64,000 bases of DNA from Ginglymostoma cirratum (GCA_024137785.1 JAHRHZ010000019.1:19957240-20021239), one strand, 5' to 3'. Counted from the stretch's first letter, positions 13,486 through 27,335 are shown. Numbers and translations are program-made. The notes: generated by a model not told the origin, from the letters alone.

Positions 13486-13547
13486 CTGTTCTGAACTTGG
13501 ACAATTCAGTGGTTGACCTGGAGACCCTTGAAGCCTTGTATGAGAAT
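13486..13547 (+). CDS. FMN2: Formin-2-like FH2 exon A (62 nt, phase 1 to 0): (A)[20 protein letters not shown]
   Basis: Acceptor ttcttttgtccctttgacag, donor gtgagt. Manual translation matches remembered vertebrate FMN2 [21 protein letters not shown] better than FMN1 AIFNVDDSVV. Confidence 0.95.
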
Positions 13548-15834
13548 GTGAGTATTGGAACTAAAGGCACAAAAAGAAAGCAACAGCAGTACAAAATTTC
13601 AGAACTAAGCAGTCAGGAGCAGAGCAGTTAACCCCAACGCTGAAAGCCACATGTTAGCTTATGTAGTAATTCACTGATGTTGCAGATTTGGGTTTGTAGC
13701 AGGGCTACTGTTTCATTCCAAAACAATCCTGTATTTAACGTAATCTGATTCTCTGCCTATTCTTCATGGTATGGCAGTAGGAAATTCAAAGCAATAATAT
13801 TTTTGCCATTTTATACCTCGGCATTTATTCTGCGCCTGGTGGCAAAATCCCAACTGCAAGGCTTTCATCGAGTCCAGTTATGTAAGGTTAACACAAGAGT
13901 TTGTATGAAATAAGTCACAGTTAAAATGTATATTCTCAGCTTTATGGAATGTAAGAAGGTTAATGTTTGTAGCCTGTGGAAATAAGCAAAAGGTTTAGTT
14001 TTGACTTGTTTCATTTAAGGGGCAGTATGAGCATCTATTGAGTCTTGACCCATTTTTATACAGATTTTTCGAATTTAATTCATTGCAGCACTTGCAACCA
14101 AATTTGGGGAACTTATTCCTAAGCTCCAAAGGTTGTGAATGGCACAGAAACTCCAAATGCATTTCTTTTTAGTGGCAACTTTTACAATTGAACATTACAA
14201 TGTGGGGTTATGTTGTAAATGTCATGTGTTGCTTTCTAATAAAGCTCTCGTATGCGCGTAGTTTTAAAAAGAGTAAGCTGTCTTCAGGTTTATTGCGAAA
14301 TAAAAGAAAATAGTCAGCAATACTGAGACTTTTCTACCTTGTCTCTCTCCAAAATAAATCCTGTTCATCAGTCAGTTAGTAGGAGTGTTTCTGATAAAGG
14401 TTTTTATCATCACATGTTCACGCACAGGTTACTTTCTCAAAACTTCAAAGTTGTTGCATGTTTCATCTTTCAAAACGTAGATTTAGCTTCTCGCTTAGAA
14501 AAAGCAAAATGAATACTCTTCCTCATTTGTATACTACTCTGGTCAAAGTTATTCGGGCCTTTGGAAGCGTGGTTAAAAGCTATAGTTTGTGATACATAGC
14601 ACTTGATCAATAGAGTGGGCCAACTTTACTAGAAGAGCTTGAAACCCTTGAATTTTGAAGGGAGGTTGCAGAGGAGAGATCATTTTGTTGGACTGATAAT
14701 ATGCCACGTTATTAGAAGTAAAATGTAAATGCGGAAGGCTACCTTAAGATAGACCATGAACACGAAATAAAAGAGCACAGTACAAGTTGGTGAAAACTAT
14801 TTTATGACGCATCACTAAGCCTTCCGTGTAGAGATAGTTACTACTTAAGTAGTACTTCTGGTGAAAGTGGTAGAAAAGCAAACTTTGCATTTTAAGAGCC
14901 ATTTGAATGGGGCTTTATATTCTTTTATGTAACTGAATTAAAATTGGCCGAAAAACTTGCTAATCCATTTCAACGGTCAATTGCCTGTATTGCTCAGGGA
15001 CATTATGTGCGGAGGTCTCCCAGGATCTAGAACTGTGTCTAAACATGCACTTGGGCCCAAATAAAATAAAATAGGTTTGTTGACAATAGTAGTCATGTAG
15101 ACAGGTTCCAGTCTTCAAGCCGCCATTAATGGGGCAGGTGCAGCTATAGGTGAGTAATAATTTCTATTTTAGTACTGAAGCAATATTTTTAATTACAGTT
15201 GTATGATGAATAATAAGTCCTTGAAACATACAAATAAACCTCATATCAACAATTCTCATTGTTTAAAAGCTTCTGTCCCTTATAAATGAGTTTGGCAGCT
15301 GACATGGCATCCACAGCCTGTCTGGTAAACGGGCACTCGGGTGCCAGTTTAAGAATTTTTCCTTGATAAGGAAAGGAAGAGTGGGTGTGGAGAATGATGG
15401 ATTGCGCAGGATTCAGAGAAATGTGCTGCATGATTCGATGTTCCATGAAGGAGAGAGTTTGTTGTAACGTCAGGGAGGGAGGGAGGATTCTCACTTTGTG
15501 ACACAGATCCTGCAATAGGTGGTTCAGGACAAGTGTTTTACTTTCTCCCCTGCATTACTTCCTTGTTGCATGCTATTCTCTAGCTCGGAGGGCAAGAAAG
15601 ATGTCTGGCGTCTTCCTCGACTTGGCTCATGTAAGATATAAATGGCACAGCTGAATCCCTGGAACATCAGTATGTTGTACTTCCATGTAGTGATGCTGTA
15701 TTCTATGCGCAAAAGTTCTGAGACACTAAGATTAAGTTTAAGCTTAGATTAAAATTGGTAACTTAGTTTATAATTTTCACTTGAATTCCAGTCATGGTTG
15801 CTATGTTGAAGTACAATGTTTCATGTTACCATCA

Positions 15835-16170
15835 GTCCCATTGCCCTAGCAGTCAGTCTAGTAAATCTTTATGAAACTTCCTATATAGCAAGAACATCCT
15901 GCCTCAAATGAGGCCACCAAAACTGTGCACTATTCCAGGTGTGATCTTACCAAGGCCCGAGACAATTGAGCAACATACCCCTACTCCTGTCTTCAAATCT
16001 TCTCACCTGTGAAGGTCAGCATACCACTTGCTGTCTTTGCCACCTACTGCATCTGTATGCTCACCTCCAGTTACTGGTTTATGAGGATACCCAAGCCTTG
16101 TTGCATATTCCTCTTTCTCAATTTATAGCCATTCGTATAGCCGTCAGCTGCCTTGGTTTTGCATTGCTCA
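15835..16170 (-). mobile_element. Decayed CR1 fragment
   Basis: agcaagaacatcctgcctcaaatgaggccaccaaaactgtgcactattccaggtgtgatcttaccaaggc is the reverse complement of the LVRPHLEYC.QFW region. Confidence 0.8.
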
Positions 16171-16471
16171 TTGGTATCAAAGAAGCTGACATTTTTACAG
16201 TCTGTAGGCATCTTCTGGAAGAAGGTAATCCAAGATTTGAATTTACCTTCACTTGGTTTAGAAATAAAAAATAGGTCCAAATCCTAAATTCCACTCTGAA
16301 CTTGGAGCTACCAGGAGTATGGTGGCAAAATTACCATTAGTAATTATGGCTTCTTTCCTTTGTTTGGATCATGGGATTCCTCCTTTCTATTGTGTCTGAA
16401 CTGAGGATATGATTTACTGGTGGATAAATATCTCTGGGCTTGTTTTGCAAGCACTGACCATATGAAAGGAA

Positions 16472-16582
16472 CTATTAGCTCTGTTTTTTTTCCTTCACAG
16501 GTGCTGCCAGACATGCTGAGCTTTTCCAGCCACTTTGTTTTTGTTCCTGATTTACAGCATCTGCAGTTCTTTGGGTTTTTAC
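16472..16582 (+). mobile_element. Penelope-like terminal repeat fragment
   Basis: cttcacaggtgctgccagacatgctgagcttttccagc...gatttacagcatctgcagttcttt, homologous to the right arm of the 31712 element. Confidence 0.75.
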
Positions 16583-17135
16583 TGTGGCTTACAAATTCAT
16601 TTGGAATAATGCGTCCTCCACTCTTCCCTATCCCCACCACCCCCACATTGGCACTGCATGGAGATGGATCACTGTTACATGAGTGGAGAGACCCAGACTG
16701 TGATCATGCCTCATTCTCGCTTCTATTAGCATTGTAGCGCACATTCACATCACTTGACTGAAGTTTGTTTGTGACTGATTTGAAATGGATCACAAAGTTG
16801 TGTTATTTAAGTCTTTTTGTTCCTTTCTGCTTTGGTTTGTAGCTGATGGTAGTCAGTGCCATTTTTTACATTGTTGTAAAACATTCTCATTAGTGGGCTT
16901 CAGTTGCAGTTGGGTTGTAACAAGTACATTGTTTCAAGACAGATGAAAGAAATTGTACCTCCGGTTTTGTAAGCTTGTGCATATTACAGCAGGCATAGTG
17001 ATTTATATCAAAGTAGTTGAGAAAGAATAAACATCAGCATGTGCATTTTATATGCTAGGTTTGTTCCAATATATTGTGTCGTAGAATGTGTGTGACCTGC
17101 AGCTCAGAATTTCTAGTTGTGTCCAAGTTCTAGCT

Positions 17136-17219
17136 GGTCTAGGCCCGAAACATCAAGCTTTCCTGCTCCTATGATGCTGCTTGGCCTGCTGTGTTCATCC
17201 AGCTCCACACCTTGTTATC
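17136..17219 (+). mobile_element. Penelope-like 3' terminal fragment
   Basis: ggtctaggcccgaaacatcaagcttttcctgctcctatgatgctgcttggcctgctgtgttcatccagctccacaccttgttatc is the reverse complement of the 4169, 20355 and 49601 ends. Confidence 0.85.
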
Positions 17220-17389
17220 CCACATCTCGATGGTGTTGGCTATTCTCTTAAATGATCCCAGGATACTGTACTGCATTTTTCTATTTCACAGAATCCTGCA
17301 GACAGACAGACTATTTTTGTGGTTTTGTGTGTTTGCTTTTTAAAAAAAAGTTTATAACTTGCTACTGAAACAGCACTCTTGTTTCAGAG

Positions 17390-18070
17390 TTGCAAGGTTC
17401 TGAGTTTCTGGGTTTGAGTGTAGAAATCAATACTGACACTCGCTGGTGTGCAGTGTTGAGGGAGCTGCCTCTGTCTGGATGAGATGCTAAATCGGAGCAC
17501 TGTCTGTCTACTCGGGTGGGTGTCAAAGATCCTGTGACATCATTTTGAACAAGGCAGGGGACTCTTACCCACCACCCACGGGACCATTATTGGCTAGGTT
17601 TATTGCCCATCTCTGATCACCCAAAGAATAGTTACGAGTCAACTATAGCTACCCTACATTTGAGTGCTGTTATATCGATGTCACAGTAAGTAGATGATTA
17701 ATGCTCCAGCCTTAGTGCTGGTGTGAACAAAGCAGTGCTGACTGAGTGACGAATTTGTATAGCGCCTTTCATGATTTCAGTATGTTCCAAAGGGCTTCTA
17801 ATTGTGAAGTATGTTTGAAGTGTCATCACTGTTGCAAAATAACAAACACAATAAACAGGTTGAGCAGCCTGACTTCCCACAAAGAGCAATGAAACAAATG
17901 ACAAATCACCTTGTGTTACTGATCACCTTCTGTTACCGGGGCGTAAATGTTGACCGGGACACCAGGGAATCTTGTTCAAATTGTATCGGGGGCCCACAAG
18001 ATGATCAGAGTGAGCCTCAACTAAGTGAGTGTTCCACATGAAACACACAACCTCCTAACATTAGGTTTAT
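17390..18070. mobile_element. Two Deu-SINE relics in opposite orientation (about 17390-17575 +, about 17750-18070 -)
   Basis: The + copy has gcagtgttgagggagctgcc...ggatgagatgctaaatcggagcactgtctg...aaagatcctgtgac. The - copy has tgtatagcgcctttc...aaatgttgaccgggacaccagggaa. Confidence 0.6.
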
Positions 18071-19251
18071 TTTCTTCTCCCTGAAGTGGGTGTAAATTTA
18101 CAAGATAGTCCAGCGCTAATGGAAAATTGTTCCACTGATTAACTGGTCCGTTGGTCATTTAGAGGGGCTTGGAGAGAAGCTTGCCAATGTCAGTCAGCCC
18201 ACCCACTTGACAGCAGGGGTAAGTGTGTAAAAGAAGTTTAAAGAACAGTGGTGTGATCCTGAAAATTAAATCAACACTGAAAACGGTGAGAGGAACTGTT
18301 TCTTTGAGTTTAGTTAATGGTAGAGTGACATCTTCAAGCCTGTGGCCAGATTCTTTCTCCACAGTGGAAGGGAAGTAGTGTGCCTTAGTAACAGGATTGC
18401 TGGGTGACCTAATATTTTTGACAAGCATCAGTTCAATTACAGACAAATCTCCCTCAAATTAATACACAAAACTGCCTGAGGAACAAATCTGATGCATCTG
18501 GTTACTTAAGTGTGACCAACCTTTTTACTCCTGACAAGGCAGGTGAAAATTGGACACAAATTGAACATTTTTTTTTTCTTAACTCCGTTTCAGAGAAGAT
18601 AAAATCTCTGCCCACTTGATGGCTCTCCAGTGAATTAAACACTACTGTTGACTACTTTACGAAGAAACAGTTGTCTGTCGGTTGACACACATTGCCTTGA
18701 AAACTGCAAACACCATTCTTCTGTGTGAAAGTTTTTTTTTTAGACTACTGCAGTGCAAATATCCCTGCCATTTTAAGATGGCATTGCTTTGTTTACTTTC
18801 TATATGAAACTAAACCAGATGACCGTGCCTTTGGCAAAGGGAAAACAAATATTGCCAGGATGTATCATGTCTGCAGAAAAATCCGAGACCATATGGGCAT
18901 TATAAAAGTGGAAAGGGTAAATCATTCAAAGATGAAATACTTCCTAAATATTCAGACAGTGGCTACAGATCATAAATATGAAGTAATGCATTTTTTAATA
19001 ATAAGTGTGTGCTGTGATTGTCCCAAATTTTCCTCCTGAGATTTCCTTGTATTTGTTTGGAGGGTGAAGTAGGCTTGAGTAAATAGAGCATCGTTAGTGG
19101 GTGTCTTGGCAGTATTAAGTATGTTTTTCCATCTTTCAGTTGAGATGTTAAAATACTCTGTGTAAAGGAAAAAAAAATCCCATGGCACTCTTAAGAAGGA
19201 CGGCAGTGGAGCTATCCCTTGGTAAAATAAAATCATTGCAAATCTAAGTTA

Positions 19252-19462
19252 GAAATCATAGGATCACAGAAACCCTACAGTGCCGATAGAAGCAATTCGG
19301 CCCATCTAGTCTGCACTGACCCTCTGAAGGGCATCCCATCTTCCCATTCTATCCCCATAACCAAGCATTTCCCATAGCTAATCCACCTAGCCTGGACAAC
19401 CCTAGGCCGTATGGGCAATTTACCATTGACAATCTGCCAAACCTGTACATTTTTGGACTGAA
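19252..19462 (-). mobile_element. HE1-type SINE, 3' half
   Basis: ccctacagtgccgatagaagcaattcggcccatc...gctaatccacctagcctgg...gggcaatttacc...aacctgtacatttttggactg. Confidence 0.8.
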
Positions 19463-20354
19463 GTTCACTCTTCGGTTTATTTTTCTGATTAGATGTATGT
19501 TAGCTGTGGAACCTCAAATGATAATGTTAGAAATTTGTAGCTCGAATGAATAGTAAGCGTGGAAGTGATGTGTATGTAAGCTGCTTGTCTGAGAAACTCT
19601 TTCGGATATATGGTAACTTTTTTTGTATAGATCTCTCTCCATCTCCCATCTCCCTTCTCCCTTCTCCTTTCCTCTGCTCCCCTTCTTCCCCAACTGTCCT
19701 GCAACTGGGTAAGTATCAGCCCTGTCTTTTAGTGGACTGATCTTCTTTTTATTTTGACTGTTGTCCTGTGGATGCATCTTATCCTTTAATTTCAGGACAG
19801 AATGTGGGAGAGCGAACCTAGGAGCCTTTGACTTTGCCTAACCCCTTCGCTTACATTCCCAATACCCCACCACTTCATCGTTCTGATCACCTGTATCGTT
19901 GATGGCATGCTGGTTTGATGGCAGCGCTATCTCTTGGGTTAAATGTTTAAAATCTGAAACATATAATCTGTCTATTCAGGTGCATGGAGTTGTCTCAGTT
20001 CCCAGGCGACATGTCCTTCAAGCACCTGAAAAATACATTTATTTGGTCTCTTATCTCAGTAACTTTGTGTGATTCGTCTAGAAGCTGACTAGACCTCAGC
20101 AATAACTACAATTTGAATATCGTTTGTTGGCTGCAAAGCACTTGGGAATACAAGAGACATGAAAATATCTATTCGTTTTTTGAAAGGCGGAATCTACGAT
20201 TACGACTGCGTACTTTGCATACTACAACAGTTGTGTGTCATGGACTGGTAATTGCTAGAACTGTGCATGCCACATTGAATGCTGTCAATTGGAGATTTAG
20301 TTTTAATCTTGCTGTTCAGGTCACTTTTTTTACAACATAATTTACTGGAACTGT

Positions 20355-20429
20355 GATAACAAGGTGTAGAGCTGGATGAACACAGCAGGCCAAGCAGCAT
20401 CAGAGGAGCAGGAAAGCTGACGTTTCGGG
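20355..20429 (-). mobile_element. Penelope-like 3' end running into the assembly gap
   Basis: gataacaaggtgtagagctggatgaacacagcaggccaagcagcatcagaggagcaggaaagctgacgtttcggg. Confidence 0.85.
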
Positions 20430-20829
20430 NNNNNNNNNNNNNNNNNNNNNNNNNNNNNNNNNNNNNNNNNNNNNNNNNNNNNNNNNNNNNNNNNNNNNNN
20501 NNNNNNNNNNNNNNNNNNNNNNNNNNNNNNNNNNNNNNNNNNNNNNNNNNNNNNNNNNNNNNNNNNNNNNNNNNNNNNNNNNNNNNNNNNNNNNNNNNNN
20601 NNNNNNNNNNNNNNNNNNNNNNNNNNNNNNNNNNNNNNNNNNNNNNNNNNNNNNNNNNNNNNNNNNNNNNNNNNNNNNNNNNNNNNNNNNNNNNNNNNNN
20701 NNNNNNNNNNNNNNNNNNNNNNNNNNNNNNNNNNNNNNNNNNNNNNNNNNNNNNNNNNNNNNNNNNNNNNNNNNNNNNNNNNNNNNNNNNNNNNNNNNNN
20801 NNNNNNNNNNNNNNNNNNNNNNNNNNNNN
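20430..20829. other. Assembly gap (400 N)
   Basis: Run of n characters. Confidence 1.
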
Positions 20830-21865
20830 AGAGGTGGAAGAGTTGCATTCCTGTTTACAGAGCATATCAAAACTGCGTTGGGGGAAGACATTGTGGAGGG
20901 ATCTTGCAGCAAGGCATTATCGGTAGGACTGAGAAATAGCAAGGGTGCAATCACAATGCTGGCATTGTACTGCAGACCTCCCGGCTGCCTGTGGGAGATA
21001 AAAGAAGAGATGTGGAGTCAGATTCGGGAAAGATGTGAAAATAACAGGGATGTTGTGCTGGGTGATTTTAACTTCCCCATAGTGACTGGGACTTTTTTTA
21101 AGTGCTAGTGTTTGGATGAGGAGCAATTTAAGTGTGTCCAGGAGGGTTTTCAGAAACAGTATGTGGATAGCCCAATAAGGGAGGGAGCCATACTGGACCT
21201 GGTGTTGGGAAATGAGGCCAGCCAGGTGATCACAGTTTCAGTGGAGGAGCATTTTGGGAATAGTGACCATAATTCTGTAAGTTTTCAGACACCTATGGCA
21301 AAGGACAAGAGTGGACCTCAGATGAAGGTGTTAAGTTGGGGAAGCCCAAATATAAGTGAAATTGGCAAGAATTGCAGAATATGGATTGGGAGCAACTGGA
21401 TTGAGGGCAAATTTATGTTCGATGTGTGGGAGTCTTTTTAAGGACAAGTTAATCAGAGTGCAGGACAGGAACGGAAAGATTCGGGAACCTTGGATGACGG
21501 GGAAAATTATCAGCTCGTTCAAAAAAAGATAGGAAGCATACCTAAGGTTTAGGTAGCTAAAAACGGATGAAGTCCTTGAAAGAATATAGAGAAAGTAGAA
21601 GGAGCTCAGACGGGGATTTAGGAGGGCTAAAAGGGGCTATGAAATGTTGTTGGTCAGCAGGGCTAAGGAGAATCCCCAGGCGCATATATAGCAGCAAAAG
21701 GATGGCAAGGATAAAGGAGGGAGGTTACGTTGAGCCAGAGGAAATAATGAGATCCTTTAATGAGTACTCTACATCTGTATACACAAAACACAGGGATGTG
21801 AGAGGCGTTAAGGTTAGGAAGAGGTGTTGAATGCTCTTGGGCAGGTCAGTATAATGAAGGAGGAA
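20830..21865 (+). mobile_element. CR1 LINE (outer copy), APE endonuclease region, decayed
   Basis: Motifs LYCRPP, VVLGDFNFP, REGAILDLVLGNE, EHFGNSDHNSV in ORFs 20878-21108 and 21112-21441. Confidence 0.92.
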
Positions 21866-23045
21866 GTCACAGTCATAGTCACACTGCATGGAAACAGACC
21901 CTTTGGTCCAACTAGTCCATGCTGAACATAATCCCAAACTAAACTACTCCCACCTGCCTGCTCCTGGCCAATATCCCTCCAAACCTTTCCTATTCATGTA
22001 TGTATCCAAATGTCTTTTAAATGTAGTAATAGTACCCGCAGTCACCAATTCCTATGGAAGTTCATTCTACATGTGAACCACCCTCTGTCATTTTTTAAAT
22101 CTCACTCCTCTCACCTTAATGTGCCCCCCAGTCTTAAAATGCCCCATCCTAGGGGAAAGGCAGCTACCGTTAACTCCGTCTTTACTTCTCATTATTTTAT
22201 AAACTTCTATCAGGTCTCCTCTCAGCCTCTTACACTCCAGTAAAATAAGTCCCAGCCTTTCTTTGTAACACAAACCTTCAAACTCAAACCAGCAACATCC
22301 AGGTACATCTCTTCTGAACCTTCTCCAGCTCAATAATCTTCTTCCTGTAAGTGGGTGACCAACTGGATACCGTATTCCAGAGGAGGCCTCAACAGTGCCC
22401 CCTACGACCTCAACATGACTTCTCAACTCCTATCCTGAACAGATTGAGCAATGAATGCAAGTGTACGAAACACCTCAAACCACCCTGTCTGTAGAACTAT
22501 AGAATCCCTACAGTTGGAAACAGGCCATTTGGCCCAACAAGTCCACATTGGCTCTCCAAAGAGCATCCCACCCAGACTCACCCCCCTACCCTATCCCTGT
22601 AACCTTGCATTTCCCATGGCCAATCCACCTAACCTGCATATCTTTTGGACCGTAGTGGGAAACCGGAACACCTGGAGGAGACCCTCGCAGACACTGGGTG
22701 AATGTGCAAACTCCACACAGACAATCGCCCTGGTCCCTGGTGCTGTGAGGCAGCAGGGCCAACCACTGAGCCACCATGCTGTCCTGATATGTGACTCAAA
22801 CTTCAAAGAATTATGTACCTGCACTCCTGGGTCCCTCTGTTCCACAAGATGACCCCCAAGGCCCTACCATTAGTTGTATAAGCCCTTCCCTTGTTTGATG
22901 TACCAAAATGCAACACCTCACAATTATCCAAATTGAATGCCATCTGCCATTTTTCAGTCCATTTGACCCATTAGAATCTTGTAAAACCTTCTTCACTACT
23001 GCTATGCCACCAATTTTGGTGTTGATTGCAAACTTACTAACCATG
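21866..23045 (-). mobile_element. 5'-truncated CR1 LINE inserted into the outer CR1
   Basis: Tail gtcacagtcatagtc at 21866. ORF fragments LRGDLIEVYKIMR and MVSKFAINTKIGG on the minus strand. Confidence 0.88.
22492..22784 (-). mobile_element. HE1-type V-SINE nested in a CR1
   Basis: The minus strand reads ggacagcatggtggctcagtggttggccctgctgcctcacagcaccagggacc...gtgtggagtttgcacattc...aggttaggtggattggccatggg, followed by the CR1-like tail. Confidence 0.9.
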
Positions 23046-23049
23046 TCTT

Positions 23050-26000
23050 TTATAGAGTCATAGTGTAGTGCAGCATGAAAACAAACCCTTTGGCCCAAAC
23101 CGGTCCATGCTGACCATTCAGCTAGTTCTAATTGCCTACATTTGGTCCATAACCCCCTTAACTCTTTCTATCAATGTACCTATCCAAATTTTTTTTTAAT
23201 ATATATATATTGCTGTTGTACCTGCCTCAAACACTTTATCTGGCAGCCCACCACTCTACGTGAAGAAGTTTCCCCTCAGATCCTTCTTAAATATTTCCCC
23301 TCTCACCTTAAACCTATGCCCTTTAGTTTTCAATTTCCCATCCCTGGGGGAAAAAAAAAATACATGCATTCATACTGTCTATGCCCCTCATGATTTTATA
23401 CACCTCAATAAGGTCACCCATCATTCTCCTACATTCTCCGACATAGGCCTGCTAGTCCAGGCATATTACTTGGAAATCTTTGCATGCTTTCCAGTTTAAC
23501 TATGTCTTTCCTACAACAGGGAGACCAAAACTGTATACATGCTCCAAGGGCGGCCTCACCAACAACTTGTACAACTGTAACATAATGTCCCAAGTCCTGT
23601 ACTCAGTGCCTTGACTGATGCAGGCCAGCATGCTAAATGCCTCTTCCACCACCCTCTCTACTTGTGACGCTGCTTTCAACAAACCACGTACTCATACTCC
23701 TAAGTCTGTATGTTCCACAACGCTCCTCAGAACCTTACCATTTACTGTATAAGTCCTCCCTTGGTTTGACTTTCCAAAGTGCAACACCTCAAACTTAGCT
23801 GTATTGAATTGCATTTGCCAATCTTCAGCCCACTTCCCCATCTGATTAAGATGCCCCAGTAATTTTTGATAACCCTCTTTGCTATCAACAATACTTCCTA
23901 ATTTTGTATCATCTGCAAACTAACCAATCATGCCTTGTATATTCACATTCAGATCATCTACGTAAATAACAAACAATAAAGGTCCCAGTACCGATCCCTG
24001 TAGCACACCACCAGTTACAGGTCTCCAGTCCAAGAAACAACCTTCAGTCATCACCCTGTACTTTCTACCATGGAGCCAAGCTTGAATCCAATTAGCTAGC
24101 CCTCCCTGGATCCCATGCAATCTAACCTTCATGACTAGTCCGCTATGCGGAACCTTGTCAAAGGCTTTACTGAAGGCCATATAGACAACATCCACTGACC
24201 TACCTTCATCCATCCTCTTCGAAAATTTCTAAAATATTTGTCAGATGGGACTTCCCATGCACAAAACCATGCTGACCATCCCTAATCATTTTTTTTGCCT
24301 CTCTAAACATCCATAAATCTTATCTTTTATAATTGCCACCAATAATTGATCCATAACCACATGTAGACCTGAGAGTCTGTAGTTCCTCAGTTTCTCCTTA
24401 CTACCTTCCTTAAACAAAGGTACAACATTAGCCGCCCTCCAGTCATCAGGCACCTCACCCGTAGTTACAGATGATGCAGATATTTTTGCAAGGGGTCTCG
24501 CAATTTCCTGCCTTACTTCTCACAATGTTCTGGGAAGTATGATGTCCGGTCCTTGATATTTATACACCTACATATTCTCTAAGACCTCCCGAACTTCCTT
24601 TTTTTTTAAATGTGTACTGTTTTTAAACCATAAAAGTTTATTTCTCTGCATTCTCTAGACTCCATTTCTTGCTCTACAGTAAAAACTGATGTGGAATATT
24701 CATTCAGTATCTCTCCAATCACTTGGGGTTCCACAAAAATATGACCTCCTTGATCTTTAAGAGACCCTACCCTCTCTCTGGTTACCCTGTTGTTCTTGAT
24801 GAATTTGTAGAATCTCTTTGGATTATCCTTACCTTATCTGCTAATGCTATCTCCTGTCCCCTCTTTGCCTTCCTGATTTCTTCTTTAAGAATGCCCCTAT
24901 ACTCTTTATAATGATTGAGATTCAGTTGAACATAGTTGTCTGTATCTAAAACAAGATTCTCTTTTTATTCTTGAACAAAGACGTTGAGATTTTAGTCATC
25001 CATTGTTCCTTAATCTTACCAGCATTACCGTTCACTCTAATGAGAACATAATGCCTCTGAACCCCTTTCATCACACTCTTGAATGCCTCCCACTTGTCAG
25101 ATGTCTTTTTACCTGCCAAAAGTCTATTCCAATCAACTTCTCTCATGCCATTAAAATTAGCCTCACTCCAATTAAAAACTTTAACTTTTACGGAAGGCAT
25201 ATCTTTTTCCATAACCATTTTGAAACTAGTAGAATTATGCTCGCTAGACCTAAAATGTTGCCCCACTTTTACTTCTTCAATCACCTATCCCACCTTGTTG
25301 CCCAAAGGAAGGTCTAGTTTTACTCCTCCTCTAGTAGGAACATCTACAGATTGATAAAGAAAATTTTCTTGAACACATTTTTCAAATTTTTCACTGTCCA
25401 AACATTTAACACGCAGTAGCCCCAGTCAGTGTTTGGAAAATTAAAATTCCCCCCCCCCCATTATTACAACCTTATTATGCTTACATATATTAGAGATTTC
25501 CCTACATATTTGCTTCTCAATTTAACTCCTACTATTGGGGAGGCCTATAGTACAATCCCATCAAAGTGAACTATCCTTTCTTCTTTGTAATTTCTACAAA
25601 TATATTTTCACTGGACGATTTATCAGAAATAACTTTGCTAGTCACAGGAGTACTGTTTTCCTTAATAAAAATGCCACCCTCCCCCCTCCTTTCTTGCTGC
25701 CTTTTCTACCCTTCCTTATAGCATCTAAAACCTGCAACACTGAGCTACCAGTCTTGTCCTTCTTTCAGCCAAGTCTGTCATAACTATGACATCCTAATCC
25801 CATGTTCTGAAACATGCCCTGAGTTTATCAGCTCTACCTGTAAGACCTCTTGCATTGAAATAAGTGCAGTTTAGTTCTTCAGAGTTACCAAATACTCTGA
25901 CTGCTTCTTGTCTTTCTTTTCTAAATGATGTGCTATCCTCATGTTCAGAATCCTCCCCATCAATCCTTTCATTTACACTGCTACTTAGAATTCCTCCACT

Positions 26001-27335
26001 GCTCCCCTCTATTAGTATAAAGACTCCCTTAATAGAATCAGCAAATCTCCCCACTAACCTGTTGGTCTCTTTCCAGGTCAATTTGACCCATCCCTTTTAA
26101 CAGGTCTTTTCTAGCCCAAAAGACATCGCAATTGTCCAAAAACCTGAATCCCTGAACAGTACACTAGCCCTTCAATCGTTGATTTATCTCCTTTATCCTT
26201 TTGTTCGTTCCTTCGTTTGAGTTTGGCATTGGGAGTAAACCAGAAATTACTACTATTAAAGTTTTTTTTGTTTAAATCTCCTACCTGACCTCTTAAATTC
26301 ACTCTGCACTGCTTTAATCTTTCCCTAAAATTGTCATTCCTACCAATGTGTACAATAATTTCTAGTTCTCAATCTTTAACAACAAGGGTTTAGAGATGTC
26401 CATAATCCTAGCACCAGGAAAGCAACAAACCATCCTAAATTTACACAAACTGCCGTGGAATTGCCTGTCTGTGCCCCTGACAGGAGAGTCCCCTATAACA
26501 AGAATTCTATTAAATTTTGTCAAATGCTGCTGAACTAAGACTCATTCCAAGTGTCCAATAACTGATTGCCCCTTCCATTTTCCTCAGAGAGACTCTCCTT
26601 TTCTACAGTACCAAAAACTGAATATCTATTTGACAGAGGAATAGCCACTGGAGACTTTTGAACTGCCTTCTTACCTTTCCCAACAGTCAGCCATCTATCT
26701 GACTTGATCCTGCGGTGTTATAACTTTTCTAAATCTATTAGCCATTTCACTCTGTACCTGACATATGCCCTTTTGTATTAAGCCTAAAATAAAGCGTGTT
26801 TCGAGAACACCTTACATATAAATAAGCTACCTTTCATTACCTATGGAAAATGTTAAAATGAAAAAATTTTAAAATATATATATATATCGAACATATAAAG
26901 ATTAAAATTGCTCACTTAGCTGATTAACTGAATTAAAGAAAAACTCCTTTTTAATAAATTCCTTGAAGGAAAAAAATCTTCTCCACAGCTCACCATGTGT
27001 AGGACTCTCCGAAACGAAAACACAACTCCTCATTTTAAAAACAAAACCTTCGTTTTTTTCAAAAGAAAAATCTTTTGCAATGTTTAAAAAAAAGAAACTC
27101 TCTAAAACAGTCTTTTTTAACTTCTGAATTTAGAATAAAAATAACTCAGCTGTTCACTACAGACTCGTCTGTTTTAAAAGAAAATTGTGATTTTTTTTGT
27201 TTTTGCATATTAATGAAACAAAATAGATAAAAATATTTTTAGTAAAATATAATGACTGTAATAACTTTTCTAAGAAAAAATAAATCTTTAAGCCTGCAAT
27301 CCCAGGAGCAGCTGCAAGACCCATGCTGTCTCCCT
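23050..27335 (-). mobile_element. Near full-length decayed CR1 LINE (ORF1 esterase, APE, RT, AT-rich 5' region)
   Basis: RT: VDVVYMAFSKAFDKVPH, GVLQGSVLGPLLFVIY. APE: YFNARGLTGRADKL, SSEHNS. ORF1 SGNH esterase at about 26330-26510: RILVIGDSPVRGTD...CCFPGARIMDIS and VHIGRND. The 5' boundary is approximate. Confidence 0.88.

Noticed and set aside
20200-20954. Long ORFs of 168-221 aa in the ORF track
   Set aside because: Artefacts of translating across the 400-N gap.
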